From NCBI GenBank assembly GCA_036405895.1, contig DASWWS010000001.1, forward strand, positions 6,523 to 70,522: a DNA stretch of 64,000 nt. Reading direction: 5' to 3'. The position numbers and the translations under genes were made by a program. The notes below the pieces were generated by a model. That model did no database searches. It was not told the origin of the DNA and was given only the letters and a program-made list of their open reading frames with translations. The stretch comes from Minisyncoccota bacterium (GTDB taxonomy: Bacteria > Patescibacteriota > Minisyncoccia > Phycocordibacterales > UBA9973). Shown piece by piece: positions 26,415-36,833 of this stretch (its first letter is position 1; every line of letters begins with the position of its first letter).

Positions 26415-27875
26415 ATGAAAACTCCGTTCTATATCACCACTACGCTTCCATACGTGAATGCGCCGCTTCATATGGGGCACGCCCTTGAATTTGTTCGTGC
26501 CGATACAGTAGCCCGCTATAAAATGCTGCAGGGCTTTGACGTCTTTTTCAATACCGGTACCGATGAGCACGGGCAAAAGATTTATACCAAAGCAGTAGAA
26601 AAAGGGGAGACCCCTCAGCAGTTCGTTGATGCGGGGTTTGAGAATTTTAAAACCCAGGTTGCGTCTTTTGGGGTAACCGACGAAGCGCATTATATCCGCA
26701 CCACAGACGAACACCATGTTGCCGCAGCACAGGAGTTTTGGAAGCGCGTGTACGACAATGGCTATATTTATAAAAAGACCTATGAGGCAAAATACTGCGT
26801 TGGCTGCGAGTCTGAAAAAACAGACTCTGAGCTCGTGAATGGGGAATGCCCAGAGCATCCAGGAACAACGCTTCAAGTCATCAATGAAGAAAATTATTTC
26901 TTCAAGTATTCTGCATTCCAAGAAAAACTCATAGCATTCTATGAAGCCAATCCAACATTTATTATCCCCGAATTTCGCTTCAATGAGATAAAGGCATTCG
27001 TAGAAGGGGGACTGCAGGACTTTTCCATTTCGCGCGTAAAAGAAAAAATGGCATGGGGCGTGCCGGTGCCCGGCGACGATAGCCAGGTGATGTATGTGTG
27101 GTTTGATGCGCTCGTAAACTACATCTCAACACTCGGCTGGCCGCACAATGATGAGTCATTTGAGAAATACTGGATGAACGGAACGCCGGTGCAGTACTGC
27201 GGAAAGGATAATACCCGATTCCAAGGAGCGATGTGGCAGGCAATGCTCATGGCGGCCGATGTGCCCAACTCGCACCATATAGTGGTCAACGGATTCATCA
27301 CCGCCGACGGCGGCGTGCGCATGTCTAAGACATTGGGCAACGTTATCGACCCGCTTGGCATTTCAAACGAGTACGGCGTAGATGTCCTTCGCTTTTTCCT
27401 CCTTCGCGAAATCACGAGCTTTGAAGACAGCCCTTTTACCGAAGAGCGCTTTCGAGAGAGCTACCAAGCCAACCTTGCAAATGGCCTTGGTAATCTTGTA
27501 TCGCGCATTATGAAAATGGTGGTGAATTATGAAGTGGAGTACACACTTCCAACCAATGTCGACTTGCTTGAATTTGATGATGCAGTGCCCGAAGGTTTTA
27601 AAGAAAAGATTGAAAGCTTTGACCTCAAGAGTGCAATGGATGATATTTGGCGCGAGGTAACAGGGCTCGATTGGCTCATTCAAAACAAAGAGCCGTTCAA
27701 GCTTGCAAAGACTGATATGGCTGGCGCGCAAGAAATTGTCGCTGAGCTTGCAACACGCCTCTACATCATCGGCTTTTTGCTCCAGCCGTTTATGCCAACA
27801 ACTGCACAAACTATTATGGACTTGGTGAAAGAAAAAAAGATGCCCGAGGCACCATTATTCAACAGACTAGATTAA
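26415..27875 (+). CDS. metG: Methionyl-tRNA synthetase (short form without the C-terminal tRNA-binding domain)
   Basis: FYITTTLPYVNAPLHMGHALE (HIGH region) and KMSKTLGN (KMSKS). Confidence 0.85.
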   Translation: MKTPFYITTTLPYVNAPLHMGHALEFVRADTVARYKMLQGFDVFFNTGTDEHGQKIYTKAVEKGETPQQFVDAGFENFKTQVASFGVTDEAHYIRTTDEHHVAAAQEFWKRVYDNGYIYKKTYEAKYCVGCESEKTDSELVNGECPEHPGTTLQVINEENYFFKYSAFQEKLIAFYEANPTFIIPEFRFNEIKAFVEGGLQDFSISRVKEKMAWGVPVPGDDSQVMYVWFDALVNYISTLGWPHNDESFEKYWMNGTPVQYCGKDNTRFQGAMWQAMLMAADVPNSHHIVVNGFITADGGVRMSKTLGNVIDPLGISNEYGVDVLRFFLLREITSFEDSPFTEERFRESYQANLANGLGNLVSRIMKMVVNYEVEYTLPTNVDLLEFDDAVPEGFKEKIESFDLKSAMDDIWREVTGLDWLIQNKEPFKLAKTDMAGAQEIVAELATRLYIIGFLLQPFMPTTAQTIMDLVKEKKMPEAPLFNRLD

Positions 27876-27887
27876 AAATTACGCTTT

Positions 27888-27983
27888 CGTCAAAAGTACT
27901 TTCTGGGGTCGCATTTTTCTGCTGAAAAATTGCTGTTACTCGGCTCAGTCAGCCTGCGCGACACCCCACAAAGTACTTTTGAC
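27888..27983. repeat. Long imperfect inverted repeat (~24-bp arms, ~45-nt spacer) between metG and tatD
   Basis: CGTCAAAAGTACTTTCTGGGGTCGC ... GCGACACCCCACAAAGTACTTTTGAC, with an internal TTTTTC/GAAAAA mini-hairpin. Confidence 0.5.
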
Positions 27984-28000
27984 TCTCGCTCGAAATTCAT

Positions 28001-28792
28001 ATGCATACAATAGACACACACTCACACTTTAATCTTTCACAATTTGATGCCGACCAAGCTGAGGCAATTGTGCGCATGCGCGAAGCGGGGGTGGGGACTA
28101 TTTGCATTGGCATTGATGCGCCAACGAGCGAGAAAGCAGTTGCACTTGCTGCAAGTAATCCGGACATCTGGGGTTGTGTCGGGCAGCATCCGACAGAGTG
28201 GGCGCAAAGTTTTAATGCTTCTCAAATGCACGACCTGGCGTCTGCTCCTCGAGTAGTTGCAATAGGCGAGTGCGGGCTCGATTATTTTCGCGAGAACGAA
28301 AGAACGCCCGAGGCAAAAGAAAAACAACGAGAACTCTTTCAAGCACAAATTGAGCTTGCTGCACGGTTTGACCTTCCGCTGATGCTTCATATCCGCCCTG
28401 AAGCGGGGACTATGAATGCGTACAGTGATGCCCTTGATATGCTTGAAATGCACAAAGAACACTGGCCTTTGATGCGGGGTACCGCGCACTTTTTTGCTGG
28501 AACCAAAGAAATCGCCGACCGCTTTTTAACTCTTGGCTTCCATATCTCCTTTTCAGGGGTTATTACTTTTGTTCCAGAATATGAAGAGCTCGTGGCGCAT
28601 GTTCCGCTTGAGCGAATCCTCTCAGAAACAGATGCCCCCTTTGCGGCTCCAAGCCCCTACAGAGGTCGCCGTAATGAACCGAGCCTTGTTGTCGAAGTGG
28701 TGAAAAAAATCGCTGAAATCAAGAATCTCGACCTTACAGAGGTACAAACGCGATTGCTTACCAACGCCAAAACCCTCTTTTCTCTCAGATAA
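28001..28792 (+). CDS. tatD: TatD-family metal-dependent hydrolase/DNase
   Basis: N-terminal DTHSH motif and GECGLDYF. Confidence 0.8.
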   Translation: MHTIDTHSHFNLSQFDADQAEAIVRMREAGVGTICIGIDAPTSEKAVALAASNPDIWGCVGQHPTEWAQSFNASQMHDLASAPRVVAIGECGLDYFRENERTPEAKEKQRELFQAQIELAARFDLPLMLHIRPEAGTMNAYSDALDMLEMHKEHWPLMRGTAHFFAGTKEIADRFLTLGFHISFSGVITFVPEYEELVAHVPLERILSETDAPFAAPSPYRGRRNEPSLVVEVVKKIAEIKNLDLTEVQTRLLTNAKTLFSLR

Positions 28793-28928
28793 CCGTTACG
28801 TAGTCATTATTTTACAAAACCAGCCTTTTGGGGTAGTATGTGCCGGTAGCCCCCGTTTCTCCTCTGGCTTGTATGCCTAGGAGACTTGGTCCGAAGCGGG
28901 CTCATTTTGTTAGAAAATACGCAATTAT

Positions 28929-29471
28929 ATGGAAGAAATGTCAGAAGACACTCGTACATACGAACTCTCGTACCTTGTTACCCCAACTACTCCGGAAGCT
29001 GATCTTGAAACAGTTGTTTCAGGACTCAAGGCGGAAATAGAGAAGGCAGGAGGTGCTGTAATCGCAGAAGGAAATCCGGACTTTATTGATCTCGCATACG
29101 TTATCGAGAAAAATGTCGCTTCAAAGAAAATGAAGTGGAGTCAGGGATATTTCGGCTGGATTAAATTTACAGCTGAGCCCGAAGCAATGGCGGTGTTGAA
29201 AAAAGCATTTGACGCTAATCTCGCGATTATGCGCTACATGCTTATCAAGACACACGCTGAGAACGTGGTGACTTTCAAGAAGCCAAAGCTCGAAGCTCGC
29301 CGTGCAGAAGACGTGACTGGTGAAGACCCAACAGCTGATCTCCTTGCAGATGTGGCTGAGGAAGAAACCGAAGACACTCTCGAAGTACACGAAACCCTTC
29401 CAGACTTGGAAGCTGAAGTAGCAGAAACTGTAGCATCAGAATCTGCTCCGGAAGAAAAGGAAGAAGCATAA
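28929..29471 (+). CDS. rpsF: 30S ribosomal protein S6 with acidic C-terminal tail
   Basis: S6 fold pattern (YELSYLVTP...KWSQGYFGWIKFTAEP) and Glu-rich tail. Sits in the rpsF-ssb-rpsR arrangement. Confidence 0.7.
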   Translation: MEEMSEDTRTYELSYLVTPTTPEADLETVVSGLKAEIEKAGGAVIAEGNPDFIDLAYVIEKNVASKKMKWSQGYFGWIKFTAEPEAMAVLKKAFDANLAIMRYMLIKTHAENVVTFKKPKLEARRAEDVTGEDPTADLLADVAEEETEDTLEVHETLPDLEAEVAETVASESAPEEKEEA

Positions 29472-29523
29472 GGCTTTTTAGCACTCTTGCACTGCACTAT
29501 TACAACCTATACACTTAGAACAT

Positions 29524-30021
29524 ATGTATCTCAATAAAGTTTTTCTCATCGGCAACCTCATACGCGACCCTGAACTCAAAGCACTCCCAACCGGGAACAA
29601 GGTAGCGAGCATTTCGCTTGCGACAAACCGCGTTTGGAAAGACCAAAGCGGCACTCGCCAAGAAAACACTGAATATCACAATGTTGTGGCATTCGGTCGC
29701 TCTGCTGAAAACCTTGCTCAATACGCTCGAAAGGGGAGCTCTTTGTACGTCGAAGGGCGCATTCAGACTCGTTCATGGGACGATGCAGCTACGGGGTCAA
29801 AGAAGTACCGCACTGAAATCGTTCTTGAAACATTCCAGTTCGGTCCTAAGGTGCAGGGAGGCACAGCCGGTGCAAATACAGGATACACTCCTGCATCAGT
29901 CGGCCAGCCAACCTCATCAGGATACTCCGACGCTGAGGCACCTCAAAAAGGCGCACAGCCGGATCTTGATACCGTTGAATATCCGGACGAAGAGATCAAC
30001 CTCGAGGACATTCCTTTCTAA
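29524..30021 (+). CDS. ssb: Single-stranded DNA-binding protein
   Basis: OB fold (KVFLIGNLIRDPELKALPTGNKVASISLATN) and C-terminal acidic DIPF tip (EEINLEDIPF). Confidence 0.9.
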   Translation: MYLNKVFLIGNLIRDPELKALPTGNKVASISLATNRVWKDQSGTRQENTEYHNVVAFGRSAENLAQYARKGSSLYVEGRIQTRSWDDAATGSKKYRTEIVLETFQFGPKVQGGTAGANTGYTPASVGQPTSSGYSDAEAPQKGAQPDLDTVEYPDEEINLEDIPF

Positions 30022-30046
30022 GTCACTGGCTTAACATTGAATTATT

Positions 30047-30247
30047 ATGAAAAACGATTACTTTAACGCAAACAACATTCGATTTATCGACTACAAAGAT
30101 ATCGAAAGCTTGAAGCGATTCTTGAACCCAAACGGACGCATCTTGCCTCGCAAGCGCACCGGGCTTTCTGCAAAAAACCAGCGTTCACTTGCTGAAGCAG
30201 TAAAGCGTTCACGATTCATGGCACTCTTGCCATTCGTTGCAAACTAG
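30047..30247 (+). CDS. rpsR: 30S ribosomal protein S18
   Basis: [50 protein letters not shown] matches the S18 pattern. Confidence 0.9.
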   Translation: MKNDYFNANNIRFIDYKDIESLKRFLNPNGRILPRKRTGLSAKNQRSLAEAVKRSRFMALLPFVAN

Positions 30248-30270
30248 CGATACGGATAAATGAGATAAGA

Positions 30271-30293
30271 AAAACCCGCAGATGCGGGTTTTT
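30271..30293. terminator. Terminator hairpin between convergent rpsR and efp
   Basis: AAAAACCCGCA-gat-GCGGGTTTTT. Confidence 0.7.
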
Positions 30294-30294
30294 C

Positions 30295-30360
30295 TTATCT
30301 AACGAGGACCGTCCTCGTTAGATAATTTTCTCTCAGAAGGACGGTCCTTCTGAGAGAAAA
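30295..30360. repeat. Tandem pair of REP-like palindromes sharing the AGGAC(C/G)GTCCT core
   Basis: TTATCTAACGAGGACCGTCCTCGTTAGATAA (copy 4 of the REP) is followed by TTTTCTCTCAGAAGGACGGTCCTTCTGAGAGAAAA, which has the same core but different arms. Confidence 0.7.
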
Positions 30361-30384
30361 AAAGGTGGGGGTGGGAGAGAAGGG

Positions 30385-30978
30385 TTAGAAGCCGCCGTTT
30401 GCGCGTTCGGTGTATTCGCCCGTTTCGGTGTTGATGCGGATGAGTTCGCCCACTTCGATAAACAGCGGTACGGTGATCTGCGCGCCAGTTTCCACTGTTG
30501 CGAGCTTGTTTCCGCCCGTTACACTTGCACCTTTGATTGCAGGAGGAGCTTCGGTCACTTCGAGCTCTACTTTGATAGGCACCTTGATGCCAATCACTTG
30601 CTCTTCGTCGTCATCGTTGGTGAAGATAATAAGCTCAACCTCGCTATTTGCTTTGATGAACTTGATCTTGTCTCCAGCGATCTCTTCTTTGATAGAAAAG
30701 CGCTTGCTCTTGTCTTTAAGGTCGGAGAGAAAGACCTCGCCCTTTGCTTTGTAGAGATATACAGCCGGGCGAGTCATGATGTCCGCTTCTTCAGCCTTTT
30801 CAGAGGAGCCGAATGAAATTTCTGCAACACGGCCGGTGATGAGGTTCTTGAGTTTGGTTGCATTTACCGGCTTTCGCTGCTGTTTGCGAAACACATGAGA
30901 GTGGATCACTTCATAGGGCTGTCCTTCCCAGACAATGATCTTTCGTTCGCGGATTTCGTTGTATTCAAGTAGTGACAT
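30385..30978 (-). CDS. efp: Translation elongation factor P
   Basis: Three-domain EF-P pattern, with N-terminal KOW-like and OB domains (GEVFLSDLKDKSKRF...). 197 aa. Confidence 0.75.
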   Translation of the reverse strand: MSLLEYNEIRERKIIVWEGQPYEVIHSHVFRKQQRKPVNATKLKNLITGRVAEISFGSSEKAEEADIMTRPAVYLYKAKGEVFLSDLKDKSKRFSIKEEIAGDKIKFIKANSEVELIIFTNDDDEEQVIGIKVPIKVELEVTEAPPAIKGASVTGGNKLATVETGAQITVPLFIEVGELIRINTETGEYTERANGGF

Positions 30979-31073
30979 GGTGATATATGATAATTATTGA
31001 GAGATTGTAGCCCAGGGGAGGGCAAAAGTCCATAAATAAAAGAGGCGTACGGATATATCCGTACGCCTCGCGT

Positions 31074-31577
31074 TTAACAGTTGTTTTCAGCACAGAGCGC
31101 CACACAGACCTCTTTTGCAAAACCGCTGAGCTCGTTGATAAGAGCTATTTTTTGTTCTGTACTCCACTCATTGTACTCGAGCAAAGTGGTGGTGTACCGC
31201 TCAGCTCTTTCTTTAAAGGGCTCGTACATTTCCGGCAGATCATATTCCAGCATTTTCACCATTGAAATAAGGTTATTGCTGGCAGATATGCGCAGACGGT
31301 TGGCATCCAACGCATCCTGTACTTCAGGCGATAGGTCGCTCCAGTATTCTCTCCGTTCAGAATGGTCTTTGAACGTGTCGGTGATAATGGGGCGGGCAGC
31401 ATATCGGCCAATTGCTTCTGCATAGCAGATGCGATCCTCTTTCGAGAACAGTTTTTCGGGCAATGATTCCCAAACCAATGCCTCAAGGGTTTTTCCGTTG
31501 TGCATATAGCTCTCAGGAAGAGGGTATTCAATACTGGCAATAATGCCATGCTTCTTGAGCTCTTTAATATTCTTCAT
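31074..31577 (-). CDS. Hypothetical protein (recA-efp block)
   Basis: 167-aa ORF with good coding periodicity and no recognisable family. It sits where recX often lies but lacks RecX repeats. Confidence 0.35.
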   Translation of the reverse strand: MKNIKELKKHGIIASIEYPLPESYMHNGKTLEALVWESLPEKLFSKEDRICYAEAIGRYAARPIITDTFKDHSERREYWSDLSPEVQDALDANRLRISASNNLISMVKMLEYDLPEMYEPFKERAERYTTTLLEYNEWSTEQKIALINELSGFAKEVCVALCAENNC

Positions 31578-31672
31578 TTCTTATGTAGTTGTTAAGTTCC
31601 TCTATATTATAACACTTAAAACAAAAAAAGCAAGTACCAGTAGATACTTGCTTTTTAAGGGTGAAAAGGGGA

Positions 31673-32746
31673 TTAGTCCTCGGAACTTGAAGTCATCACC
31701 ACTTCTTTCATGCGCTTGCGCACGTCTTTTTGGATTGCATCTCGAACTTTCGGGTTCTCGCGCATAAAGATTCGGCTGGCATCGTATCCGCGGCCAAGCT
31801 TCACTTCGAGCTCGTCCTCGCTTTTTCCGGCATCTGACTTCTTCGGAGCGGGGACATAGGAGTATGAGGTACCGCTTTTCTTGATTACTTCGAGCTTCTC
31901 TCCAAGAGCGAGGAGTTCGCCTTCAAGAGAGATTCCTTCGCCATAGATAATGTCGAATTCAGTTTGCTTGAAAGGCGACGCCACCTTGTTCTTCACCACC
32001 TTCACGCGCGTGCGAGAGCCTACCACTTCTTCGCCTTTTTTGATCTGCGCAATGCGGCGAATGTCGAGACGGATAGAAGTGTAGAACTTGAGCGCCTTAC
32101 CGCCTGGGGTTGTTTCAGGGTTGCCGAACATGACCCCAATCTGCATACGGATCTGGTTGATGAAAATCACCACAGTTTTGCTGCGAGCAACGATAGCAGT
32201 AAGCTTGCGAAGCGCCTGAGACATCAAACGCGCTTGCTTACCCATATGGCTTGCGCCCATGTCGCCTTCGATTTCGTCTTTTGGAGTGAGGGCTGCAACA
32301 GAGTCGACAACGATAACGTCGATCTTGCCGCTGCGCACCAATGACTCGCAGATTTCAAGACCCTGTTCGCCAGTGTCAGGCTGAGAGATAAGGAGCTGAG
32401 TAATATCAACGCCGATTTTTCCTGCGTAGTCTGGGTCCATTGCGTGTTCTGCATCGATGTATGCGCAAATACCGCCGAGCTTTTGCGCTTCGGCAACGAT
32501 ATGAAGTGCGAGTGTTGTCTTACCAGAGGATTCAGGCCCGAATATTTCCATGATGCGCCCGCGCGGTACGCCGCCAATGCCAAGGGCAATGTCGAGGCCA
32601 ATTGAGCCGGTAGGGATGACAGAAATGTCTACCTTCGGAGAGTCTCCGAGCTTCATGATTGCCCCTTCGCCAAATTTGGTCTGGATTGATTTGATAGTGT
32701 CTTCAATAGAAGAGCCGTGTTCTTTCGGTGCTGCTTTTTTAGCCAT
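31673..32746 (-). CDS. recA: Recombinase RecA
   Basis: [36 protein letters not shown] (Walker A), L2 loop region. 357 aa. Confidence 0.95.
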   Translation of the reverse strand: MAKKAAPKEHGSSIEDTIKSIQTKFGEGAIMKLGDSPKVDISVIPTGSIGLDIALGIGGVPRGRIMEIFGPESSGKTTLALHIVAEAQKLGGICAYIDAEHAMDPDYAGKIGVDITQLLISQPDTGEQGLEICESLVRSGKIDVIVVDSVAALTPKDEIEGDMGASHMGKQARLMSQALRKLTAIVARSKTVVIFINQIRMQIGVMFGNPETTPGGKALKFYTSIRLDIRRIAQIKKGEEVVGSRTRVKVVKNKVASPFKQTEFDIIYGEGISLEGELLALGEKLEVIKKSGTSYSYVPAPKKSDAGKSEDELEVKLGRGYDASRIFMRENPKVRDAIQKDVRKRMKEVVMTSSSED

Positions 32747-32760
32747 AAAGGGATAAGGAG

Positions 32761-33153
32761 TTACTGATAATGTGCGCCGTCTGTTTGAGCGACAGAAGAG
32801 GGAACCTCAACTACCCAGTGGTAGGTGCGGGTTTCCGTATTGCCAAAACGGTCTTTGAGCGCAACTTCAACTATATTATACCCTGGGGATAGGATGATTG
32901 CATCAGTAAAATTGCCGGCACGGTCTATTGCAACAGTTCTACCGTTTATCAAGAGCTCGCGTGCGTGGCGGGCAACACCGGAAAGGGGAAGGAAGGCGCT
33001 GTCGAGGGTCGCCCCGTCTTTTGCAGCCACTACTTGCAGCGGTGTGCCGAGCACCAAGTCGCGCATATTGTAAGCGGCGAGCCCAAACACAACCATAATC
33101 GCAGCTGCGATAAGGACTTTTGGTATGGTAAATGTGTTGATGCGCTTTGTCAT
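32761..33153 (-). CDS. Hypothetical secreted/membrane-anchored protein between ftsK and recA
   Basis: N-terminal signal anchor ([16 protein letters not shown]) plus a beta-rich domain. 130 aa. Confidence 0.35.
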   Translation of the reverse strand: MTKRINTFTIPKVLIAAAIMVVFGLAAYNMRDLVLGTPLQVVAAKDGATLDSAFLPLSGVARHARELLINGRTVAIDRAGNFTDAIILSPGYNIVEVALKDRFGNTETRTYHWVVEVPSSVAQTDGAHYQ

Positions 33154-33176
33154 GTATGTATCTCTATTATAGCCTC

Positions 33177-35336
33177 TTATAGCCCCATTTCTTCGGCTAC
33201 CTCATCGACTACTGAGTTTGTCATCTTGCCTTGCAGTACTTCGCGAGGTTTTGCTCCATCAGCCGGGCCAATAACGCCGCGCTCTTCAAGCATGTCCATC
33301 AAGCGTGCTGCGCGAGCATAGCCCACTTTCAGCTTGCGCTGAATGTAGGAAGTAGAGCCTTTGCCCGCCTCCACTACGCACATGCGGGCTTCTTCATAGA
33401 GGGCATCGTCATCTGTGCCTTCCAAGTCGTCGCTAAACATTGCCTTTTCCCCTGTCATAGTGCCTGAGAGCTCGATAGTGTCGCGAACATCGTCTTTAAA
33501 TGAGTTCTTGAGGTATGCCACCACGTTTTTTACCTCGTCTTCGGTGATAAAGGCACTTTGCAATCGCTCTGCCTGGCTGGTACCGACAAGCGCGAGCATG
33601 TCTCCCATACCAAGGAGCTTTTCAGCACCTCCTGTATCCAAAATAGTGCGAGAGTCGATTTGTGTCGGCACGCGTAGTGCAATACGGCTCGGCACATTGG
33701 CCTTGATAAGACCGGTAATGACGTTTACTTCAGGGCGCTGAGTGGAGAGGATGAGGTGGATACCCACAGCTCGGGACATCTGAGCGAGGCGCACGATAGC
33801 CGCTTCAAGCTCGCGAGGGTAGGCCTGCATAATGTCGGCCAACTCGTCGATAACGATCACAATGTATGGCATGCGGTCCGGCCCGCCTTCATCATTGCCT
33901 GATGCCCCTTTTGCAAACGCTTTCTCGTGCTTCTTGTGGTATGAGTCGATATCGCGCACACTTTCTCCTTCGAGGATGTCGTACCGGCGATTCATTTCTG
34001 TTGCAGCCCACTTCAGTGCAAGGATAGCCTTTTTGCTGTCAGTAATAACAGGGGTGAGAAGGTGAGGGATAGAGTTATAGAGCGTGAGCTCAACGCGCTT
34101 TGGGTCGACAAAAATAAAGCGCAGATCGTCTGGGCCATGGCGGTACAAGAGAGAAGTGATGATCGCGTGAATAGTCACTGATTTACCGGAGCCTGTAGTA
34201 CCAGCAATCAAAAGGTGCGGCATTTTTGCAATGCTGTAGAGCACAGGCTTGCCGGCAATGTTTCGGCCAATGGCTGCAGTAAGCGGCTTTGCTGCACCGA
34301 ATGCGGCGTCGCCAATCAAGCTCGCAAGCCCAACCATTGCTTTGACCTTGTTTGGGATTTCAATACCCACCAATGCCTTGCCTGGAATAGGAGCTTCGAT
34401 ACGAATAGGGTGAGCAGCTAGTGCAAGAGCCAAGTCGCTCTGAAGGCCGACAATGCGGGAGAGCTTCACGCCTTGAGCAGGTTTGAGTGCATAGCGGGTG
34501 ACAGTCGGGCCAATAGTGACCTCGTCCATCTCCACTTCAATGCCAAAGTTTGAAAGCGTGCGGCGGATGACATTTGCATTTGCTTTCACGTCGCCGACAT
34601 TTGCCTTGCCTCGATCACCTTCCAATAGCGAGAGTGGTGGAGGAGTGTACACGCCGTAGATGCCGCTGTGTTTTTTGGTATCGATCAATAGCTCGCGCTC
34701 GCCGGTTGTTGCGTCGTTGATTTTTACATCCGGGTTCACTTCTTTTTTCTGCGCTACCGCTGCTGCCACAACTTGCGGCGCTTCGTATGACTCATCGTCT
34801 TCGTCATCTGTCTCATCGCTTACCATGCTTGGTTCGCGCTTTTTAAAGACACTTGCAATGCGTGCGAAGAGCGACTGGATAAACGGAAGCACGTTTGGCG
34901 ACTGGTCAAAAAAGAGCGTGAACGAGCCGACGACTAAGAAGAGGAGAATAAGTGCACTAAAGAATGTTTCGAATGCGCCAATCAATGGTACTGCAATCAC
35001 GCGTCCAATTGCGCCGCCGAATGCACCATCATAGAGTGCAAGAAGTGTCAGGAGTGCAAGAAATCCGATAGATGCACTGATTCCTTCGCGAAGCGTAATT
35101 TCCATCTGGCGTTTTTGCATCATCAACAGTCCTCCAGTAAAGAGTGCGACAGGGAGCATGAGCTGGCCTGCACCCAAGAGCCAATAGGTCCCTTGTGCAA
35201 GAAGCATTCCACCCTTGCCTGCAGCGCCCACGATTCCGCCAAGCGCAAGGAGAGAGAGGAGTATTAGGAGGAGGCCAATCACAATGTGGTTGGTAGCAGC
35301 ACTTTTCTTTTTGGGACCCGGTTTCTTGTTTGCCAT
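33177..35336 (-). CDS. ftsK: DNA translocase FtsK/SpoIIIE
   Basis: N-terminal TM helices, Walker A LIAGTTGSGKSV, Walker B IVIVIDELADIM, and a C-terminal gamma-like wHTH. Confidence 0.9.
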   Translation of the reverse strand: MANKKPGPKKKSAATNHIVIGLLLILLSLLALGGIVGAAGKGGMLLAQGTYWLLGAGQLMLPVALFTGGLLMMQKRQMEITLREGISASIGFLALLTLLALYDGAFGGAIGRVIAVPLIGAFETFFSALILLFLVVGSFTLFFDQSPNVLPFIQSLFARIASVFKKREPSMVSDETDDEDDESYEAPQVVAAAVAQKKEVNPDVKINDATTGERELLIDTKKHSGIYGVYTPPPLSLLEGDRGKANVGDVKANANVIRRTLSNFGIEVEMDEVTIGPTVTRYALKPAQGVKLSRIVGLQSDLALALAAHPIRIEAPIPGKALVGIEIPNKVKAMVGLASLIGDAAFGAAKPLTAAIGRNIAGKPVLYSIAKMPHLLIAGTTGSGKSVTIHAIITSLLYRHGPDDLRFIFVDPKRVELTLYNSIPHLLTPVITDSKKAILALKWAATEMNRRYDILEGESVRDIDSYHKKHEKAFAKGASGNDEGGPDRMPYIVIVIDELADIMQAYPRELEAAIVRLAQMSRAVGIHLILSTQRPEVNVITGLIKANVPSRIALRVPTQIDSRTILDTGGAEKLLGMGDMLALVGTSQAERLQSAFITEDEVKNVVAYLKNSFKDDVRDTIELSGTMTGEKAMFSDDLEGTDDDALYEEARMCVVEAGKGSTSYIQRKLKVGYARAARLMDMLEERGVIGPADGAKPREVLQGKMTNSVVDEVAEEMGL

Positions 35337-35511
35337 ATGTCTATATACGGTAACAGTATATCAAGCAGAGTCTGAAAAAACTATTTATTTGTAACGGTTT
35401 ATTACGACACACAAAGGGTTTGTGAAGAGTGTTATTGTCCGTTATACTATTTTTGTACAATATTTCTCTATGAGACATATTAGGGACATATAAAAGACAA
35501 GCGATACACCA

Positions 35512-36207
35512 ATGATACAAAAGCATTCAACAATTGCAGGGCATTCCATAAAGGACAATTCAAAGGGGCAAAAAATTGCCGCTGCCCTGTATCTCGTCAC
35601 CGCTCATTTGTCCGATAACGATCCGCTCAAAAATACACTTCGCACACATGCGGTAACATTGCTCGGCACTTCTTCAACTGAAGCAAGTGCAGGTCTTGCT
35701 CGCACTATCTCCGACCTTCTCAGCGTTGCTGCTCTTGCCCGGCTTATCTCTGAGAAAAATGCATCAATCATCACGCTTGAGCTTCGTCACTTTTTGGCAG
35801 TTGCCGAGACCGCTCACGATACAGTGACAGCGACACTTGAAATGCATTTCGGACAAGTATCTCCGACATCATCAATACCCTATGGGACACATCGGTTGAA
35901 TACATTTAAAAAGACACAAGCAACCTTCGCTTCTCTCGGACAAAGTCCTTCAGAGCGTACTTCCGAAAGCACTAATACAATTCGCGAGGGGAGTGCTTCT
36001 GCTGCTAAGCCTGCAGCAAAGACCGAGCGCCAGGCGCACATCTTGTCCTTTATCAATGAGCGCAAAAGTGCCGGCATTAAGGACATTGCCATGCTCTTTC
36101 CCGAGACCAGTGAAAAGACAATACAGCGAGAGCTTGGCACATTGGTGGCAAGCGGCCGCATCACCAAGCGCGGTGCAAAACGATGGAGCGTGTACATGGC
36201 GATCTAA
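35512..36207 (+). CDS. Hypothetical protein with C-terminal winged-helix DNA-binding domain
   Basis: C-terminus ILSFINERKSAGIKDIAMLFPETSEKTIQRELGTLVASGRITKRG is HTH-like. Divergent from ftsK. Confidence 0.4.
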   Translation: MIQKHSTIAGHSIKDNSKGQKIAAALYLVTAHLSDNDPLKNTLRTHAVTLLGTSSTEASAGLARTISDLLSVAALARLISEKNASIITLELRHFLAVAETAHDTVTATLEMHFGQVSPTSSIPYGTHRLNTFKKTQATFASLGQSPSERTSESTNTIREGSASAAKPAAKTERQAHILSFINERKSAGIKDIAMLFPETSEKTIQRELGTLVASGRITKRGAKRWSVYMAI

Positions 36208-36833
36208 ATTCGCTGCTCAATTTCCTGATTTTTTAACAACACATATAAAAAATATGTAAATAGTGTAATAGTGAGTAGAAGTATTCGTCTTAAGCGTAGG
36301 TGGTTTTCCACGAATTTGTTTTTGCGACAACGACAGCGCTACGATATACTATTGTGGTCGTACTATCACTCGCGCTTATGGCGATTTTGTGGTAGTATGT
36401 AACTGTCTCTGTCTCTCTTGATGCAGTCAAATGTATCGAGCGGCAGAAGACAAATTCGTGATGAGAATCACGAAGGGGGCATTTCATTGAAAACAAAATA
36501 ATTATCTCGTTGAGCAATCAACAAAATAGTATTAGTTTTCGACGGCTGCTCTTTTTTGTTTTCTGTCGACATCCTGACGCTTCACACTATATATAGTATG
36601 TGGCTACGGGTTGGAGACGGAGACACGATATCGGCCTTGTCGACACGGCAGATAGGGAGTGCAGTAATTCACTCTCCTCTGCAAATTACACGTCCGTTGT
36701 ATTGGTATGAAAAAGATACCGATGCACTGAGACAACGTTGTATGTTTGTTTGTGGTGTTTGTCGACATCACACTTACTATTGGTAGCAATACCCTTAGAC
36801 AAATTACAAACGATTAATAATAGTAAATAATCT

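Noticed and set aside
31074-31577. Hypothetical gene next to recA as RecX
   Set aside because: Position is suggestive but the sequence lacks the three-repeat helical RecX pattern and the conserved basic patches. Left as hypothetical.
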